In this document: positions 36,670 through 46,730 of the stretch, piece by piece | How positions within the stretch are numbered: position 1 is the stretch's first letter | Layout: each line of letters begins with the position of its first letter | Assembly: GCA_903870815.1 (NCBI GenBank) | Contig: CAIQEI010000085.1 | Span: forward strand, 2,043-66,042 | Length of the DNA: 64,000 nt | Direction: 5' to 3' | DNA from: an uncultured Verrucomicrobia subdivision 3 bacterium | Lineage (GTDB): Bacteria; Verrucomicrobiota; Verrucomicrobiia; Limisphaerales; UBA11358 | Position numbers and translations under genes: made by a program | The notes under the pieces: model-generated | Databases searched by the model: none | What the model saw: the letters and a program-made list of their open reading frames with translations, nothing else | What the model was told of the DNA's origin: nothing

Positions 36670-38379
36670 TTACAACTTCAAGTCGTCATCCGTCACCGCG
36701 CCGAGGGTGGCGCTGGTGACGTGGGCGGCGTATTTCGCCAGCACGCCGCGCGTATAGCGGGGCGCGGGCTTTTTCCACGCCTTGCGGCGGGCGGCCAGCT
36801 CCTTGGCGGGCAGAACCAGCGTCAGTTCCCGCCGCTCGGCGTCAATGCGAATCGGGTCACCGTTCTTCACAAGCGCGATCGTCCCGCCCACGTAAGCCTC
36901 CGGGGTGATGTGCCCGACCACGAAGCCGTGGCTGCCGCCGGAAAACCGCCCATCGGTGATGAGGGCGACGTCCTTGCCCAGGCCCTTGCCCATGATGGCC
37001 GAGGTGGGCGAGAGCATCTCGCGCATGCCGGGTCCGCCCTTCGGCCCTTCGTAGCGGATGACGATGACGTGGCCTTTTTTGACGGTGCCATTGAGGATGG
37101 CCTTCATCGCCTTCTCCTCGGATTCAAACACGATGGCTTTGCCTTCGAAGTGCAAGCCCTCCTTGCCGGAAATCTTGGCGACCGCGCCGTCGCTGGCGAG
37201 GTTGCCGCGCAGGATGACGAGATGGCTGTCCTTTTTGATCGGATTATCGAAGCCGTGGATGATGGTCTGGTAGGCCGGATACGGTTTCACGCCGCGCAAT
37301 GTCTCGGCCATGGTTTCGCCGGTGACGGTGAGGCAATCGCCGTGGAGCAGTTTCCGATCGAGCAGCATCTTCATCAAGGGCCGGATGCCGCCGATGGCGA
37401 TGAGTTCGGACATGAGATGTTTGCCGCTCGGCTTCAAGTCGGCGAGCACGGGCACGCGCTTGCCAATGCGGGTGAAGTCGTCAATGGTCAGCTTCACCTT
37501 CGCGGCGTGGGCGATGGCGAGCAAATGCAGCACGGCATTGGTGGAACCGCCGAGCGCGATGACCACGGTGATGGCGTTCTCAAACGCCTGCTTGGTGAGG
37601 ATGTCCAGGGGTCGCAGACCCGCTTTTAACATCTTCACCACGGCGGCGCCGGCGGCGCGGCAATCGGCGAGTTTCGCGGGGGAAACGGCATTCTGGGCGG
37701 AGCTGTTCGGCAAACTCATGCCGAGGGCCTCGATGGCGCTGGCCATGGTGTTGGCGGTGTACATGCCGCCGCAGGAACCGGCCCCGGGAATGGCGCATTG
37801 CTCCACCTGCTTGAATTCCTCCCCGGTGATCTTGTTATTCGCGTGCGCGCCGATGGCCTCGAACACGGACACAACGTCCAGCTTGCGCGGATCGCCGGTG
37901 ATGCAGCCGGGCAGAATCGTGCCGCCATAGACGAACACGGCCGGGCGGTTCATGCGCGCGATGGCGATGAGCGAGCCGGGCATGTTTTTATCGCAGCCGC
38001 CGATGGTCACGTAGCCGTCCATGCCGGCGCAGCCGACAACCGTCTCAATGGAGTCGGCAATGACTTCGCGCGAAACGAGCGAATATTTCATCCCTTCGGT
38101 GCCCATGGAGATGCCGTCGGAGATGGTGATGGTGTTAAAGATGATCGCCTTGCCGCCGCTGGCGTTCACGCCCCGCTCGGATTCGAGCGCGAGCTTGTCG
38201 ATGTGCATGTTGCAGGGCGTGACATCGCTCCAGGTGGAAGCGACACCGATGAGCGGCTTCGAGAAATCCTCCTCCTTGAACCCGACCGGATAAAGCATGG
38301 CGCGGGCGGCGGCGCGTTCGTCACCGTCAAACAGGATGCTGGAAAAGGGACGCAATGAGTCAGATGCTCTATTTTTCAT
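36670..38379 (-). CDS. ilvD: dihydroxy-acid dehydratase
   Basis: Motifs present are [34 protein letters not shown] and [14 protein letters not shown]. The start is placed at ATG 38379. Confidence 0.95.
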   Translation of the reverse strand: MKNRASDSLRPFSSILFDGDERAAARAMLYPVGFKEEDFSKPLIGVASTWSDVTPCNMHIDKLALESERGVNASGGKAIIFNTITISDGISMGTEGMKYSLVSREVIADSIETVVGCAGMDGYVTIGGCDKNMPGSLIAIARMNRPAVFVYGGTILPGCITGDPRKLDVVSVFEAIGAHANNKITGEEFKQVEQCAIPGAGSCGGMYTANTMASAIEALGMSLPNSSAQNAVSPAKLADCRAAGAAVVKMLKAGLRPLDILTKQAFENAITVVIALGGSTNAVLHLLAIAHAAKVKLTIDDFTRIGKRVPVLADLKPSGKHLMSELIAIGGIRPLMKMLLDRKLLHGDCLTVTGETMAETLRGVKPYPAYQTIIHGFDNPIKKDSHLVILRGNLASDGAVAKISGKEGLHFEGKAIVFESEEKAMKAILNGTVKKGHVIVIRYEGPKGGPGMREMLSPTSAIMGKGLGKDVALITDGRFSGGSHGFVVGHITPEAYVGGTIALVKNGDPIRIDAERRELTLVLPAKELAARRKAWKKPAPRYTRGVLAKYAAHVTSATLGAVTDDDLKL

Positions 38380-38423
38380 TTCGGAAAGAATGCCAAGAAA
38401 AACCAGCGGGGGCAAGCCGCGGG

Positions 38424-38460
38424 GCGTTTGGGTGCGGGAGCGTTTGGGTGGAGTTGGGTG
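38424..38460. repeat. direct repeats GCGTTTGGGTG x2 + AGTTGGGTG
   Basis: Read directly, in the divergent ilvD / araA control region. Confidence 0.75.
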
Positions 38461-38623
38461 TGGCCGTTACGGTACGCCCCCGATTGAATATCGGCGATTC
38501 GGCAGGTTGCAAACCGGCGCCACGCCTTTGCTTTGCACAGCGGAGTTGTGCGGGCCGAGAACGTTTGCTAGCATTCACCCGCTCCTCAGGAATTTCATTA
38601 GAAAGCAACCGCAGAAAATATTT

Positions 38624-40135
38624 ATGAACACTTTAAAACAACTCGAAGTCTGGTTTATCACCGGGAGCCAAGAGCTTTACGGCCCGGAAACCTTGAAGAA
38701 AGTTGCCGGGCATTCGCAGGAAATCGCCCGGGCGCTCAATGTCGCGCCCGCAATTCCCGTCAAAGTCGTGTTCAAACCCGTGCTGGTCACGCCAGATGCG
38801 GTCACCGAGCTTTGTCAGGCCGCGAACAACGCCGCCAAGTGCATCGGCCTCATCACCTGGTGCCACACATTCTCGCCGTCAAAGATGTGGATCAACGGGC
38901 TGAAACAGCTGCGCAAACCGGTGGCGCATCTACACACGCAATACAACCGCGACATTCCATGGGCCACGATTGACATGGATTTCATGAACCTGAACCAGGC
39001 CGCGCACGGCGACCGCGAACATGGTTTCATCTGGAGCCGGCTGCGTTTGGCGCGCAAGGTGGTCGTCGGTTTTTGGCAGGAAAAAGCCACGCAAGAAAAA
39101 CTCGGCGCCTGGGCGCGCGCGGCCGCGGCGTGGGCCGACTGGCAGACCGCGAAGTTCTGCCGCTTCGGCGACAACATGCGCGAAGTGGCCGTGACCGAGG
39201 GCGACAAGGTTTCGGCGCAGATCAAATTTGGCTTCGCCGTGAACGGCCACGGCGTCGGCGACCTGGTGAAAGTCGTCAAGGAAGTTACGTCAAATGAAAT
39301 TGACGCCCTCGTCAAGGAATACGAAGCCGTTTACGAAGTGACCGCCGATTTGAAAAAAAACGGCCGCCGCGCCAAGTCCATCCGCGAAGCCGCCCGCATC
39401 GAACTCGGCTTGCGCGCCTTTCTGGCCAATGGAAATTTCAAAGGGTTCACGACGACCTTTGAAGATTTGCACGGATTGGCGCAGCTGCCCGGCCTCGCGC
39501 CGCAACGGCTGATGGCCGAGGGGTATGGTTTCGCCGCCGAAGGCGATTGGAAAACCGCCGCGCTGGTTCGCGCGATGAAAGTCATGGCGAGCGGCCGGAA
39601 GGGCGGCACGTCGTTCATGGAAGATTACACCTATCATTTGCAACCGGGAAACAAGGTTGTGCTCGGCGCGCACATGCTGGAGATTTGCCCGAGCCTCGCG
39701 GACGGCAAGCCGTCATTGCAGGTGCATCCGCTCGGCATCGGCGGCAAGGCCGATCCGGCGCGGCTGGTGTTCAACACGCCCGCCGGCCCCGCGCTGAACG
39801 CGGCGCTGATGGATTTCGGCAACCGCTTCCGCCTGCTCGTCAACGAAGTGGAGGTGGTCAAACCGGAACAGCCGATGCCGAGGCTGCCGGTGGCGCAGGC
39901 CGTGTGGAAGTGCCGGCCGAATTTCGAAGACGCCTGCGCCGCGTGGATTTACGCGGGCGGCGCGCATCACACCGGTTTCAGCCAGGCCGTCACGACGGAA
40001 ATGCTCGAAGACTTCGCGACCATGGCCGGAATCGAAGTGGTCGTCATTGATGCCGACACGAAACTCCGCCAGTTCAAACAGGAACTGCGCTGGAATGAAA
40101 CCGCCTATGGGCTGAACGGTGGTTGGGTTTCCTGA
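38624..40135 (+). CDS. araA: L-arabinose isomerase
   Basis: The sequence [20 protein letters not shown]...[14 protein letters not shown] gives 503 aa from ATG 38624. The ORF-track start at 38297 lies inside ilvD. Confidence 0.95.
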   Translation: MNTLKQLEVWFITGSQELYGPETLKKVAGHSQEIARALNVAPAIPVKVVFKPVLVTPDAVTELCQAANNAAKCIGLITWCHTFSPSKMWINGLKQLRKPVAHLHTQYNRDIPWATIDMDFMNLNQAAHGDREHGFIWSRLRLARKVVVGFWQEKATQEKLGAWARAAAAWADWQTAKFCRFGDNMREVAVTEGDKVSAQIKFGFAVNGHGVGDLVKVVKEVTSNEIDALVKEYEAVYEVTADLKKNGRRAKSIREAARIELGLRAFLANGNFKGFTTTFEDLHGLAQLPGLAPQRLMAEGYGFAAEGDWKTAALVRAMKVMASGRKGGTSFMEDYTYHLQPGNKVVLGAHMLEICPSLADGKPSLQVHPLGIGGKADPARLVFNTPAGPALNAALMDFGNRFRLLVNEVEVVKPEQPMPRLPVAQAVWKCRPNFEDACAAWIYAGGAHHTGFSQAVTTEMLEDFATMAGIEVVVIDADTKLRQFKQELRWNETAYGLNGGWVS

Positions 40136-40159
40136 TCGAACCAGCCGGCTTGGATCCAA

Positions 40160-41836
40160 ATGAACGCTCGATACACAATCGGTTTGGATTACGGCACGAA
40201 TTCCGTTCGCGTCTTGATAGTGGACATCGCCAACGGCCGCGAAATCGGCACGGGCGTCTGGAATTATGCCCACGGCACCGCGGGGGTGATTTTATCGCGC
40301 GATCCGAACCTCGCCCGGCAGCATCCGAAGGACTATGTCACCGGCGCGGAAATCGTGATTAAAATGGCCTTGGCGAGCGCCAGGAAAAACCGGCGCGGGT
40401 TCAAACCGGAGCAAATCGCGGGTATCGGCGTGGATACCACCGGCAGCACGCCATTGCCGGTGGATGCACAGGGCCAGCCGCTCGCGTTCCAGAAAAGATT
40501 CGCGAGCCACCCCGCCGCGATGGCGTGGCTGTGGAAGGACCACACCGCCGTGGCCGAGGCAGCCGAGATCACCGCGCTCGCCAAAAAGATGCGCCCGCAG
40601 TTTCTCGCCAAATGCGGGGGCACCTATTCGAGCGAATGGTTCTGGAGCAAAATCCTCCGCTGTCTCCGCAGCGCGCCGGAGGTTTTCAATGCCGCGCATT
40701 CCTGGGTGGAATTGGCTGACTACGTCCCCGCCGCGCTCACCGGCACGGAACCTCCCAACCAATTCATCGCGGGCGTCTGCGCCGCCGGCCATAAGGCGAT
40801 GTGGAACGCCAGATGGGGTGGCTATCCCGATGCGCAATTCCTTTCAAAGTTGAATCCGAAGCTCGCCCAACTCCGAGGGCGGCTCACGCCGCGCGTACAT
40901 CCCATTGACCGGGCGGTGGGCGGATTGACGGCGGCCTGGGCGGAGAAAACCGGTTTGACGGCGGGCATTCCCGTGGCGGTCGGCGCGTTTGACGCGCATC
41001 TGGGTGCGGTTGGTTGCGGGGTTGCGCCGGGAACGCTGGTGAAGATCATCGGCACGAGCACTTGCGATATCGCGATCGCGCCCCACGCCCAAAAACTGGC
41101 CGACGTGCCGGGACTTTGCGGCATCGTGGACGGCAGCGTCCGGCCCGGATATTTCGGACTTGAAGCCGGCCAGTCGGCGGTGGGCGATTTGTTCAACTGG
41201 CTGGTGAACTACCTCCAGCCGGGCGGCAAAAGAGCGGGTTCGCACGCAGAATTGGCCAGGGGCGCGGCGAAACTTCAGGCCGGCGAAAGCGGTTTGCTCG
41301 CGCTGGACTGGAACCACGGCAACCGCACGATTCTGGTGGATCAGCAGCTCACGGGTCTGCTCGCCGGCCAAACGCTGTACACGACGCCGCCGGAAATTTA
41401 TCGCGCGCTGATTGAGGCAACGGCCTTTGGCGCGCTGACCATCATCAACCGGTTCGAGGAATATGGCGTCAAGATTTCATCGGTGGTCAATTGCGGCGGC
41501 ATCGCCGAAAAAAGCCCGCTAACGATGCAGATTTATGCCGATGTGACCGGCCGGCCGATGAAGGTTTCGCGCTCGGCGCAGACCTGTGCGCTCGGCTCGG
41601 CCATCGCGGCGGCGGTGGTGTCCGGCGCGCACAAGGATTACAGCACGGCCATTAAACGCATGACCGGCTTGAAGCCGAGAATTTACCAGCCGAATCCGCA
41701 GGCGCATAAAGTCTACCGCGAACTGTATCCACTCTACCGGACATTGCACGACGCCTTCGGCACGAGAGAATGGAATGGCAATTTGTTCGACGTAATGAAA
41801 AAGCTGATTGAGATTCGCGGGCGGGTGAGGAAATGA
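40160..41836 (+). CDS. araB: ribulokinase
   Basis: It has the FGGY-kinase N-terminus YTIGLDYGTNSVR, is 558 aa long, and lies between araA and araD. Confidence 0.9.
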   Translation: MNARYTIGLDYGTNSVRVLIVDIANGREIGTGVWNYAHGTAGVILSRDPNLARQHPKDYVTGAEIVIKMALASARKNRRGFKPEQIAGIGVDTTGSTPLPVDAQGQPLAFQKRFASHPAAMAWLWKDHTAVAEAAEITALAKKMRPQFLAKCGGTYSSEWFWSKILRCLRSAPEVFNAAHSWVELADYVPAALTGTEPPNQFIAGVCAAGHKAMWNARWGGYPDAQFLSKLNPKLAQLRGRLTPRVHPIDRAVGGLTAAWAEKTGLTAGIPVAVGAFDAHLGAVGCGVAPGTLVKIIGTSTCDIAIAPHAQKLADVPGLCGIVDGSVRPGYFGLEAGQSAVGDLFNWLVNYLQPGGKRAGSHAELARGAAKLQAGESGLLALDWNHGNRTILVDQQLTGLLAGQTLYTTPPEIYRALIEATAFGALTIINRFEEYGVKISSVVNCGGIAEKSPLTMQIYADVTGRPMKVSRSAQTCALGSAIAAAVVSGAHKDYSTAIKRMTGLKPRIYQPNPQAHKVYRELYPLYRTLHDAFGTREWNGNLFDVMKKLIEIRGRVRK

Positions 41837-41841
41837 TTTTT

Positions 41842-41870
41842 TAGCCACAGATGAAACACAGATTGAACAC
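41842..41870. repeat. left inverted repeat TAGCCACAGATGAAACACAGATTGAACAC (11-nt internal period)
   Basis: Read directly. Confidence 0.85.
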
Positions 41871-41918
41871 AGATGTTGCCGCAAGCAGAAAAATGTTCTG
41901 TAATCGCGATTAGAATTT

Positions 41919-42572
41919 ATGAAATTCACCACGCTTTCCTTTTTGCTTTCAATCTGCTTTTCCTGTTTTGCGGATGACACAAATATCATCGTCAAGAGTG
42001 ATTGGTCAGAACCGGTTGGATTGCGTAATTTAGAGACGGGACATGACCATTCAATTCGCGGACGGTTGTTAATTATTGCCGGCAACGAACCGGCATACGG
42101 CGGACCAAAAACAGATAATGCCGCAATGACATTTGTTGAACTTCAAGATGTCACTGGTGCTTTAGGTGAGAATGTTGATTTGTGTTTTGATGCGTTGAAA
42201 CTGAAGTGCGTCTTAACTGATGGGAACGGCAAAAATATTCCAAAGCCGGGCGGGGCTTATAGTGGTCGCGGTCCTTTTGGCCCATATTGGATCACCCTGC
42301 CCTACAATGCTACTATCCGACTTTTTGTGAATGGTGGAAACAAATCTCCACTGTCCGTTTATCCAAGTGGTGAACCAGGGTGTTATTGGTCAATCTCATC
42401 AACCGATACAAATGTTTATCATCTTTCCGGGACAATCGAGATTTGCACGCGCACGAATTATCTGGCCAAAGTTTTTGGCGATGCTCCGCAATCGTTCAAA
42501 CAGGATTACTATGAAAAAAATTGCAAAAAGATACTGACGCTTCCGAAAATGAAAGTTTCAGTTCCGAAATAG
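41919..42572 (+). CDS. secreted hypothetical protein (cargo of the cassette)
   Basis: The 217-aa ORF has a signal peptide (MKFTTLSFLLSICFSCFA). I recognise no family, and its codon usage is AT-rich compared with the neighbours. Confidence 0.55.
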   Translation: MKFTTLSFLLSICFSCFADDTNIIVKSDWSEPVGLRNLETGHDHSIRGRLLIIAGNEPAYGGPKTDNAAMTFVELQDVTGALGENVDLCFDALKLKCVLTDGNGKNIPKPGGAYSGRGPFGPYWITLPYNATIRLFVNGGNKSPLSVYPSGEPGCYWSISSTDTNVYHLSGTIEICTRTNYLAKVFGDAPQSFKQDYYEKNCKKILTLPKMKVSVPK

Positions 42573-42582
42573 ATTTTTATTC

Positions 42583-42611
42583 GTGTTTCATCTGTGTTTT
42601 ATCTGTGGCTA
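42583..42611. repeat. right inverted repeat (reverse complement TAGCCACAGATAAAACACAGATGAAACAC)
   Basis: Read directly. Confidence 0.85.
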
Positions 42612-42624
42612 AAGAATTATTTTT

Positions 42625-43323
42625 ATGCTCGAAAAATTAAAAGCGGAAGTTTGCCAGGCGAACCTGGATCTGGTCACCGAGGGGTTGGTCATCCAGACGT
42701 GGGGCAACGCCAGCGCGGTGGACCGCAAACGGGGCGTGATCGTCATCAAGCCGAGCGGCGTGCCGTATGCGGAGATGAAACCGGAACACATGGTCGTCGT
42801 CTCACTCGCCGACGGCAAGGTGGTGGAAGGCAAATTGAAGCCGAGCTCCGACACGCCGACGCATCGGGTGCTGTATCGCGCGTTTGCGGGCATCGGCGGC
42901 GTGGTGCATACGCACAGCCTGTTCGCCACGGCGTGGGCACAGGCGGGCCAGCCGTTATTGGCCTACGGGACAACGCAGGCGGACTATTGGTACGGCGCCG
43001 TGCCCTGCACCCGTAAACTCAAGCCGGCGGAAATCAAAAATGATTACGAGGCGAACACGGGCGAGGTCATTGTGGAGACATTCAAGCAGGCAAAATTTGA
43101 TCCGCGCCAACATCCCGCCGTGCTGGTGGCCAGCCACGGGCCGTTCACCTGGGGCAAGGATGTGGCCGACGCGGTTCACAACGCGCGGGTGCTGGAATTT
43201 ATCGCGAAACTAAACAGCGAGACCTTGCGCATCAATCCAAAGATCAAGCCGCTGCCGGCGGGGTTGCTCGACAAACATTTTCTTCGCAAACACGGGCCCG
43301 GTGCTTATTATGGGCAAAAATAA
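42625..43323 (+). CDS. araD: L-ribulose-5-phosphate 4-epimerase
   Basis: Motifs present are TWGNASAVDR, VIKPSGV and GGVVHTHS. The ORF is 232 aa. Confidence 0.95.
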   Translation: MLEKLKAEVCQANLDLVTEGLVIQTWGNASAVDRKRGVIVIKPSGVPYAEMKPEHMVVVSLADGKVVEGKLKPSSDTPTHRVLYRAFAGIGGVVHTHSLFATAWAQAGQPLLAYGTTQADYWYGAVPCTRKLKPAEIKNDYEANTGEVIVETFKQAKFDPRQHPAVLVASHGPFTWGKDVADAVHNARVLEFIAKLNSETLRINPKIKPLPAGLLDKHFLRKHGPGAYYGQK

Positions 43324-43338
43324 CAACCAAAACGCGAC

Positions 43339-44502
43339 ATGAAGATAATGCAATTCGTCACCCTGGCTGCGGCTGGACTTGGCGTGGCCGGTTTAGTAGG
43401 CTGCGCGTCCATGTCCCCGTCCGACACGACCTCAACCATCACGAAGGCGGACTTCGGCAACACTCCAGCCGGACAGCCAGTCGAAATCTACACGCTGCGC
43501 AACGCCCGGGGCGCCGAGGCGCGCATCATGACTTACGGCGGCGTGGTGCAGTCGCTCGAGGTGCCGGACAAGAACGGCAAGCTAGGCGATGTCGTGCTCG
43601 GGTGCGATACTTTGCAAGAGTACATTGACCAGCCGTCGTATTTTGGCGCGCTCATTGGCCGCTACGCCAACCGCATTGGCGGCGCAAAATTCACTTTGAA
43701 CGGACAGACTTACCTGCTGGCGACGAACGACGGCCCGAACTCGCTGCACGGCGGGCCGGTCGGGTTCGATAAGGTGGTCTGGACGGCGCGGCCGATGGTG
43801 ACCGCCCGCGGCCCGGCATTGATCCTGACCTATGTGAGCATGGACGGCGAAGAAGGGTTTCCCGGCAGCCTGGAAGTGACGGCGATTTACACGCTGACGG
43901 ATAACAATGAATTGAAGGTTGAATTCACCGCCAAGACGGACAAGCCGACGGTGGTGAATCTAACGCACCATTCCTTTTTCAACCTGTCCGGCCAGGGGAA
44001 TGGCGACATCCTGGGACACCTGGTCTTTATCAATTCCGACGAAACCACGCCGGTGGACGCCGGCTTGATCACGACCGGGGAATTTGACGAGGTGACGGGA
44101 ACGCCGTTTGATTTTCGCCAGGCGACGGCGATCGGCGCGCGCATCAACGATACGAACCAAGTCCTGCAATACGGCCCCGGCTACGACCATAACTGGGTGA
44201 TCGACAAGCCGGACGGCCAATTCGGCCTGATGGCGCGCGTGACCGATCCGATCAGCGGCCGGGTGATGGAAGTGTGGAGCGACGAGCCGGGCCTGCAGTT
44301 TTATTCCGGCAATTTTCTCAACGGCAGCATCAAGGGCAAAGGCGGGGTGGCCTACCAGATTCACACCGGTTTCTGCATGGAGCCGCAGCATTATCCGGAT
44401 TCACCGAACAAACCAAACTTCCCGTCCGCGGTGCTCAATCCCGGCCAAACGTACCACAGCGTCATGGTTTATAAATTCAGCACAATCCCGGCCGGGAAAT
44501 AA
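43339..44502 (+). CDS. galM: aldose 1-epimerase (mutarotase) with a lipoprotein signal
   Basis: Motifs present are GRYANRI, NSLHGG, NLTHHSFFNL and CMEPQHYPDS. The N-terminus is AAAGLGVAGLVGC (lipobox). Confidence 0.9.
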   Translation: MKIMQFVTLAAAGLGVAGLVGCASMSPSDTTSTITKADFGNTPAGQPVEIYTLRNARGAEARIMTYGGVVQSLEVPDKNGKLGDVVLGCDTLQEYIDQPSYFGALIGRYANRIGGAKFTLNGQTYLLATNDGPNSLHGGPVGFDKVVWTARPMVTARGPALILTYVSMDGEEGFPGSLEVTAIYTLTDNNELKVEFTAKTDKPTVVNLTHHSFFNLSGQGNGDILGHLVFINSDETTPVDAGLITTGEFDEVTGTPFDFRQATAIGARINDTNQVLQYGPGYDHNWVIDKPDGQFGLMARVTDPISGRVMEVWSDEPGLQFYSGNFLNGSIKGKGGVAYQIHTGFCMEPQHYPDSPNKPNFPSAVLNPGQTYHSVMVYKFSTIPAGK

Positions 44503-44617
44503 GCGGGGCAATCGCCCCAGCAGGCCGGTCCTACGATGACGATGATGGAAAAATAAGTTTTGACACTATCACGCAATTGACCAAAATGCATTCCATCGTT
44601 TCCCAACTCAAAAACCT

Positions 44618-46045
44618 ATGTCACGATTAAATCCCTACATCGTTTTACTTACCCTCACCGCCACCTTTGGCGGATTGCTTTTTGGTTATGACACCGCCGT
44701 TATTTCCGGGGCGGTGGACAGTTTGAAAGTTTACTTCGTTGATCCCTCCCACTTGAGTGATGCCGCCGCCAGCTCACGCCTGGGGGTGGTGGTTTCCAGC
44801 GCGCTTATCGGCTGCATTATCGGCGGCATGATCGGCGGCCTGGTGAGCACCTATATCGGCCGCAAAAAGGGTTTAATTATTGCCGGTTTCCTATTTTTGA
44901 TTTCCGCCCTGGGTGCCGCCGCGCCGGAATTTCCATTCGCGCCGATTGGTCATGGCGGGCCGGGCTACATCTGGTATTTTGTTTTTTATCGCATCCTTGG
45001 GGGTATTGGCGTGGGGCTCGCTTCCATGATCTCGCCGATGTATATCGCCGAAATTGCACCGGCCCGGATTCGTGGAAATCTAGTGGCCTGGAATCAGATT
45101 GCCATCGTTTCCGGCATGCTGATCATTTACTTTGTCAATTACAGCATTGCCAAGGCGGGCGACAGCGAAACCTGGCTTAACACCATCGGCTGGCGTTATA
45201 TGTTCCTGTCCGGGGCCATCCCGGCGGCCATCTTCCTGCTCCTGCTATTTTTGGTGCCGGAAACACCCCGTTTCCTCATGTTGAAAGGCCGCGAGACGGA
45301 GGCAAAAAAAGTTCTTTCCAAGCTGGTGACCGCCGAAGAATGCGAACAGGAAATTTCGGATATCCGCGCCTCCCTTGCGGAAAATCATTCCGGACGGCTG
45401 TTTTCTTTTGGTCTGCTGATTATCTTCATCGGCGTCATGTTATCGGTTTTTCAGCAGTTTATTGGTATCAATGCGGTGCTTTATTATGCCCCAGACATCT
45501 TCAAGGGCATGGGCATGAACACCAACACCTCGCTGCTGACCACCATCATGGTCGGCGCGGTCAACATGGTCTTTACCATCATTGCCATCCTGACGGTTGA
45601 CAAATACGGTCGCAAACCCCTGCAAATCATCGGCGCGCTCGTCATGGCTGCCAGCATGATCACATTGGGAGTGGACTTCATGATGCAGGACAAGGGCGTG
45701 ATCGCGTTGATCAGCATGGTGGCGTTTATCGCCGGGTTTGCCGTATCCTGGGGGCCGGTGACCTGGGTGTTGTTGAGCGAGATGTTTCCCAACCAAATCC
45801 GCGGCAAAGCCATGGCGGTGGCCGTTGCGGCCCAGTGGATCGCTAATTATCTGGTGAGCTGGTCATTTCCAGTAATGAATCAGAACCGGGTCCTGGTCCA
45901 ATACTTCCATCACGGGTTCGCTTATCTGCTCTACGGTGGCATGGGCATAGTGGCCGCCATCTTCGTCTGGAAGCTGGTGCCGGAAACCAAAGGCCGCACG
46001 CTTGAACAGATGGAAAAATTGTGGACCAAGTCCACCAAGCACTAA
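44618..46045 (+). CDS. MFS sugar porter (AraE/XylE-like sugar:H+ symporter)
   Basis: Motifs present are GGLLFGYDTAVISGA, GRKKGL, PMYIAEIAPARIRG, PESPRF-like PETPRFL and PETKGRTLEQME. Confidence 0.9.
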   Translation: MSRLNPYIVLLTLTATFGGLLFGYDTAVISGAVDSLKVYFVDPSHLSDAAASSRLGVVVSSALIGCIIGGMIGGLVSTYIGRKKGLIIAGFLFLISALGAAAPEFPFAPIGHGGPGYIWYFVFYRILGGIGVGLASMISPMYIAEIAPARIRGNLVAWNQIAIVSGMLIIYFVNYSIAKAGDSETWLNTIGWRYMFLSGAIPAAIFLLLLFLVPETPRFLMLKGRETEAKKVLSKLVTAEECEQEISDIRASLAENHSGRLFSFGLLIIFIGVMLSVFQQFIGINAVLYYAPDIFKGMGMNTNTSLLTTIMVGAVNMVFTIIAILTVDKYGRKPLQIIGALVMAASMITLGVDFMMQDKGVIALISMVAFIAGFAVSWGPVTWVLLSEMFPNQIRGKAMAVAVAAQWIANYLVSWSFPVMNQNRVLVQYFHHGFAYLLYGGMGIVAAIFVWKLVPETKGRTLEQMEKLWTKSTKH

Positions 46046-46115
46046 GCTTACTTACCATCGGCAGCGTGGGCCAGTTGGTTCGAATTGGCTGAACGTCGAG
46101 TCCAGCAACCCAAGT

Positions 46116-46130
46116 CAGGCGACGCGCCTG
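46116..46130. repeat. GC-rich palindromic (REP-like) hairpin CAGGCG-ACG-CGCCTG
   Basis: Read directly, in the 425-bp gap after the sugar porter. Confidence 0.7.
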
Positions 46131-46216
46131 TGTCCGACTAATCATTACCCTCACCTTTTGGTGACGGCCAGACGAGCGACGACACCAACGACTCAAAACG
46201 ATCAGTCAAAGTCAGA

Positions 46217-46235
46217 GACAGGCGCGACGCCTGTC
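46217..46235. repeat. GC-rich palindromic (REP-like) hairpin GACAGGCG-CGA-CGCCTGTC
   Basis: Read directly. It is the second copy, about 100 bp from the first, and both are preceded by AAGTCAG. Confidence 0.7.
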
Positions 46236-46471
46236 CTACGACCTGGATCCGGTTTAGGCAACCGACGGCGGATCGGAAAGTCATCGCAGCACGGGCCGCA
46301 GGCTTGCCGGAAATTGAGAAACAGCGCTGCGGATTTTAAGTGCGGCCGGGCAAACCCCGACGGCGGCGCGACAGCATGAAGAATTCATCCAGCGTGAGGA
46401 CTTAGCGCTTTGGGGGCCAACTGAAAAACACAGTGGACATTCCATTTTGATTCGCTAGATTTAATCTGCTT

Positions 46472-46729
46472 ATGAAATCCGACACGACCACGACCGTCCT
46501 GAATTTTATCCTCGCCATGCTGGTGATTCTGGGGGTGGTTTTTGCCATGCTGAGCATCATCCGCACGCGGGAATCCCGGGCCATCACGCCGCTTGTGATG
46601 CAGGCCAACTCCCGGGCGATGATGTTCCAATCGTTCATCACCGACGTGAACACCTATAACCAGCAGGCTAAAAGCCCCGATATCACCCGGATCCTGCAGT
46701 CGCTCAATGCCAAACCCGCTGCCCACTGA
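46472..46729 (+). CDS. small single-pass membrane protein
   Basis: The 85-aa ORF has one TM (VLNFILAMLVILGVVFAML). It appears paralogous to the next gene. Confidence 0.5.
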   Translation: MKSDTTTTVLNFILAMLVILGVVFAMLSIIRTRESRAITPLVMQANSRAMMFQSFITDVNTYNQQAKSPDITRILQSLNAKPAAH

Positions 46730-46730
46730 T

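Larger units (their letters stand above)
41842..42611. mobile_element. putative inverted-repeat-bounded insertion cassette (no transposase) between araB and araD
   Basis: Terminal inverted repeats of about 29 bp (26 of the first 29 positions match) each carry TA next to GCCACAG. They enclose one visibly AT-richer ORF. Without the cassette, araB and araD would be about 20 nt apart. Confidence 0.4.

Noticed and set aside
44552-44572. The tiny ORF ATGACGATGATGGAAAAATAA (MTMMEK) upstream of the sugar porter as a leader peptide.
   Set aside because: Six codons with no associated attenuator structure or regulatory amino-acid bias is indistinguishable from chance.
46002-46379. The 125-aa ORF after the sugar porter.
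   Set aside because: It reads through both GC palindromes (giving ETGATPVLR-type peptide) and overlaps the porter's 3' end, so it is likely spurious.
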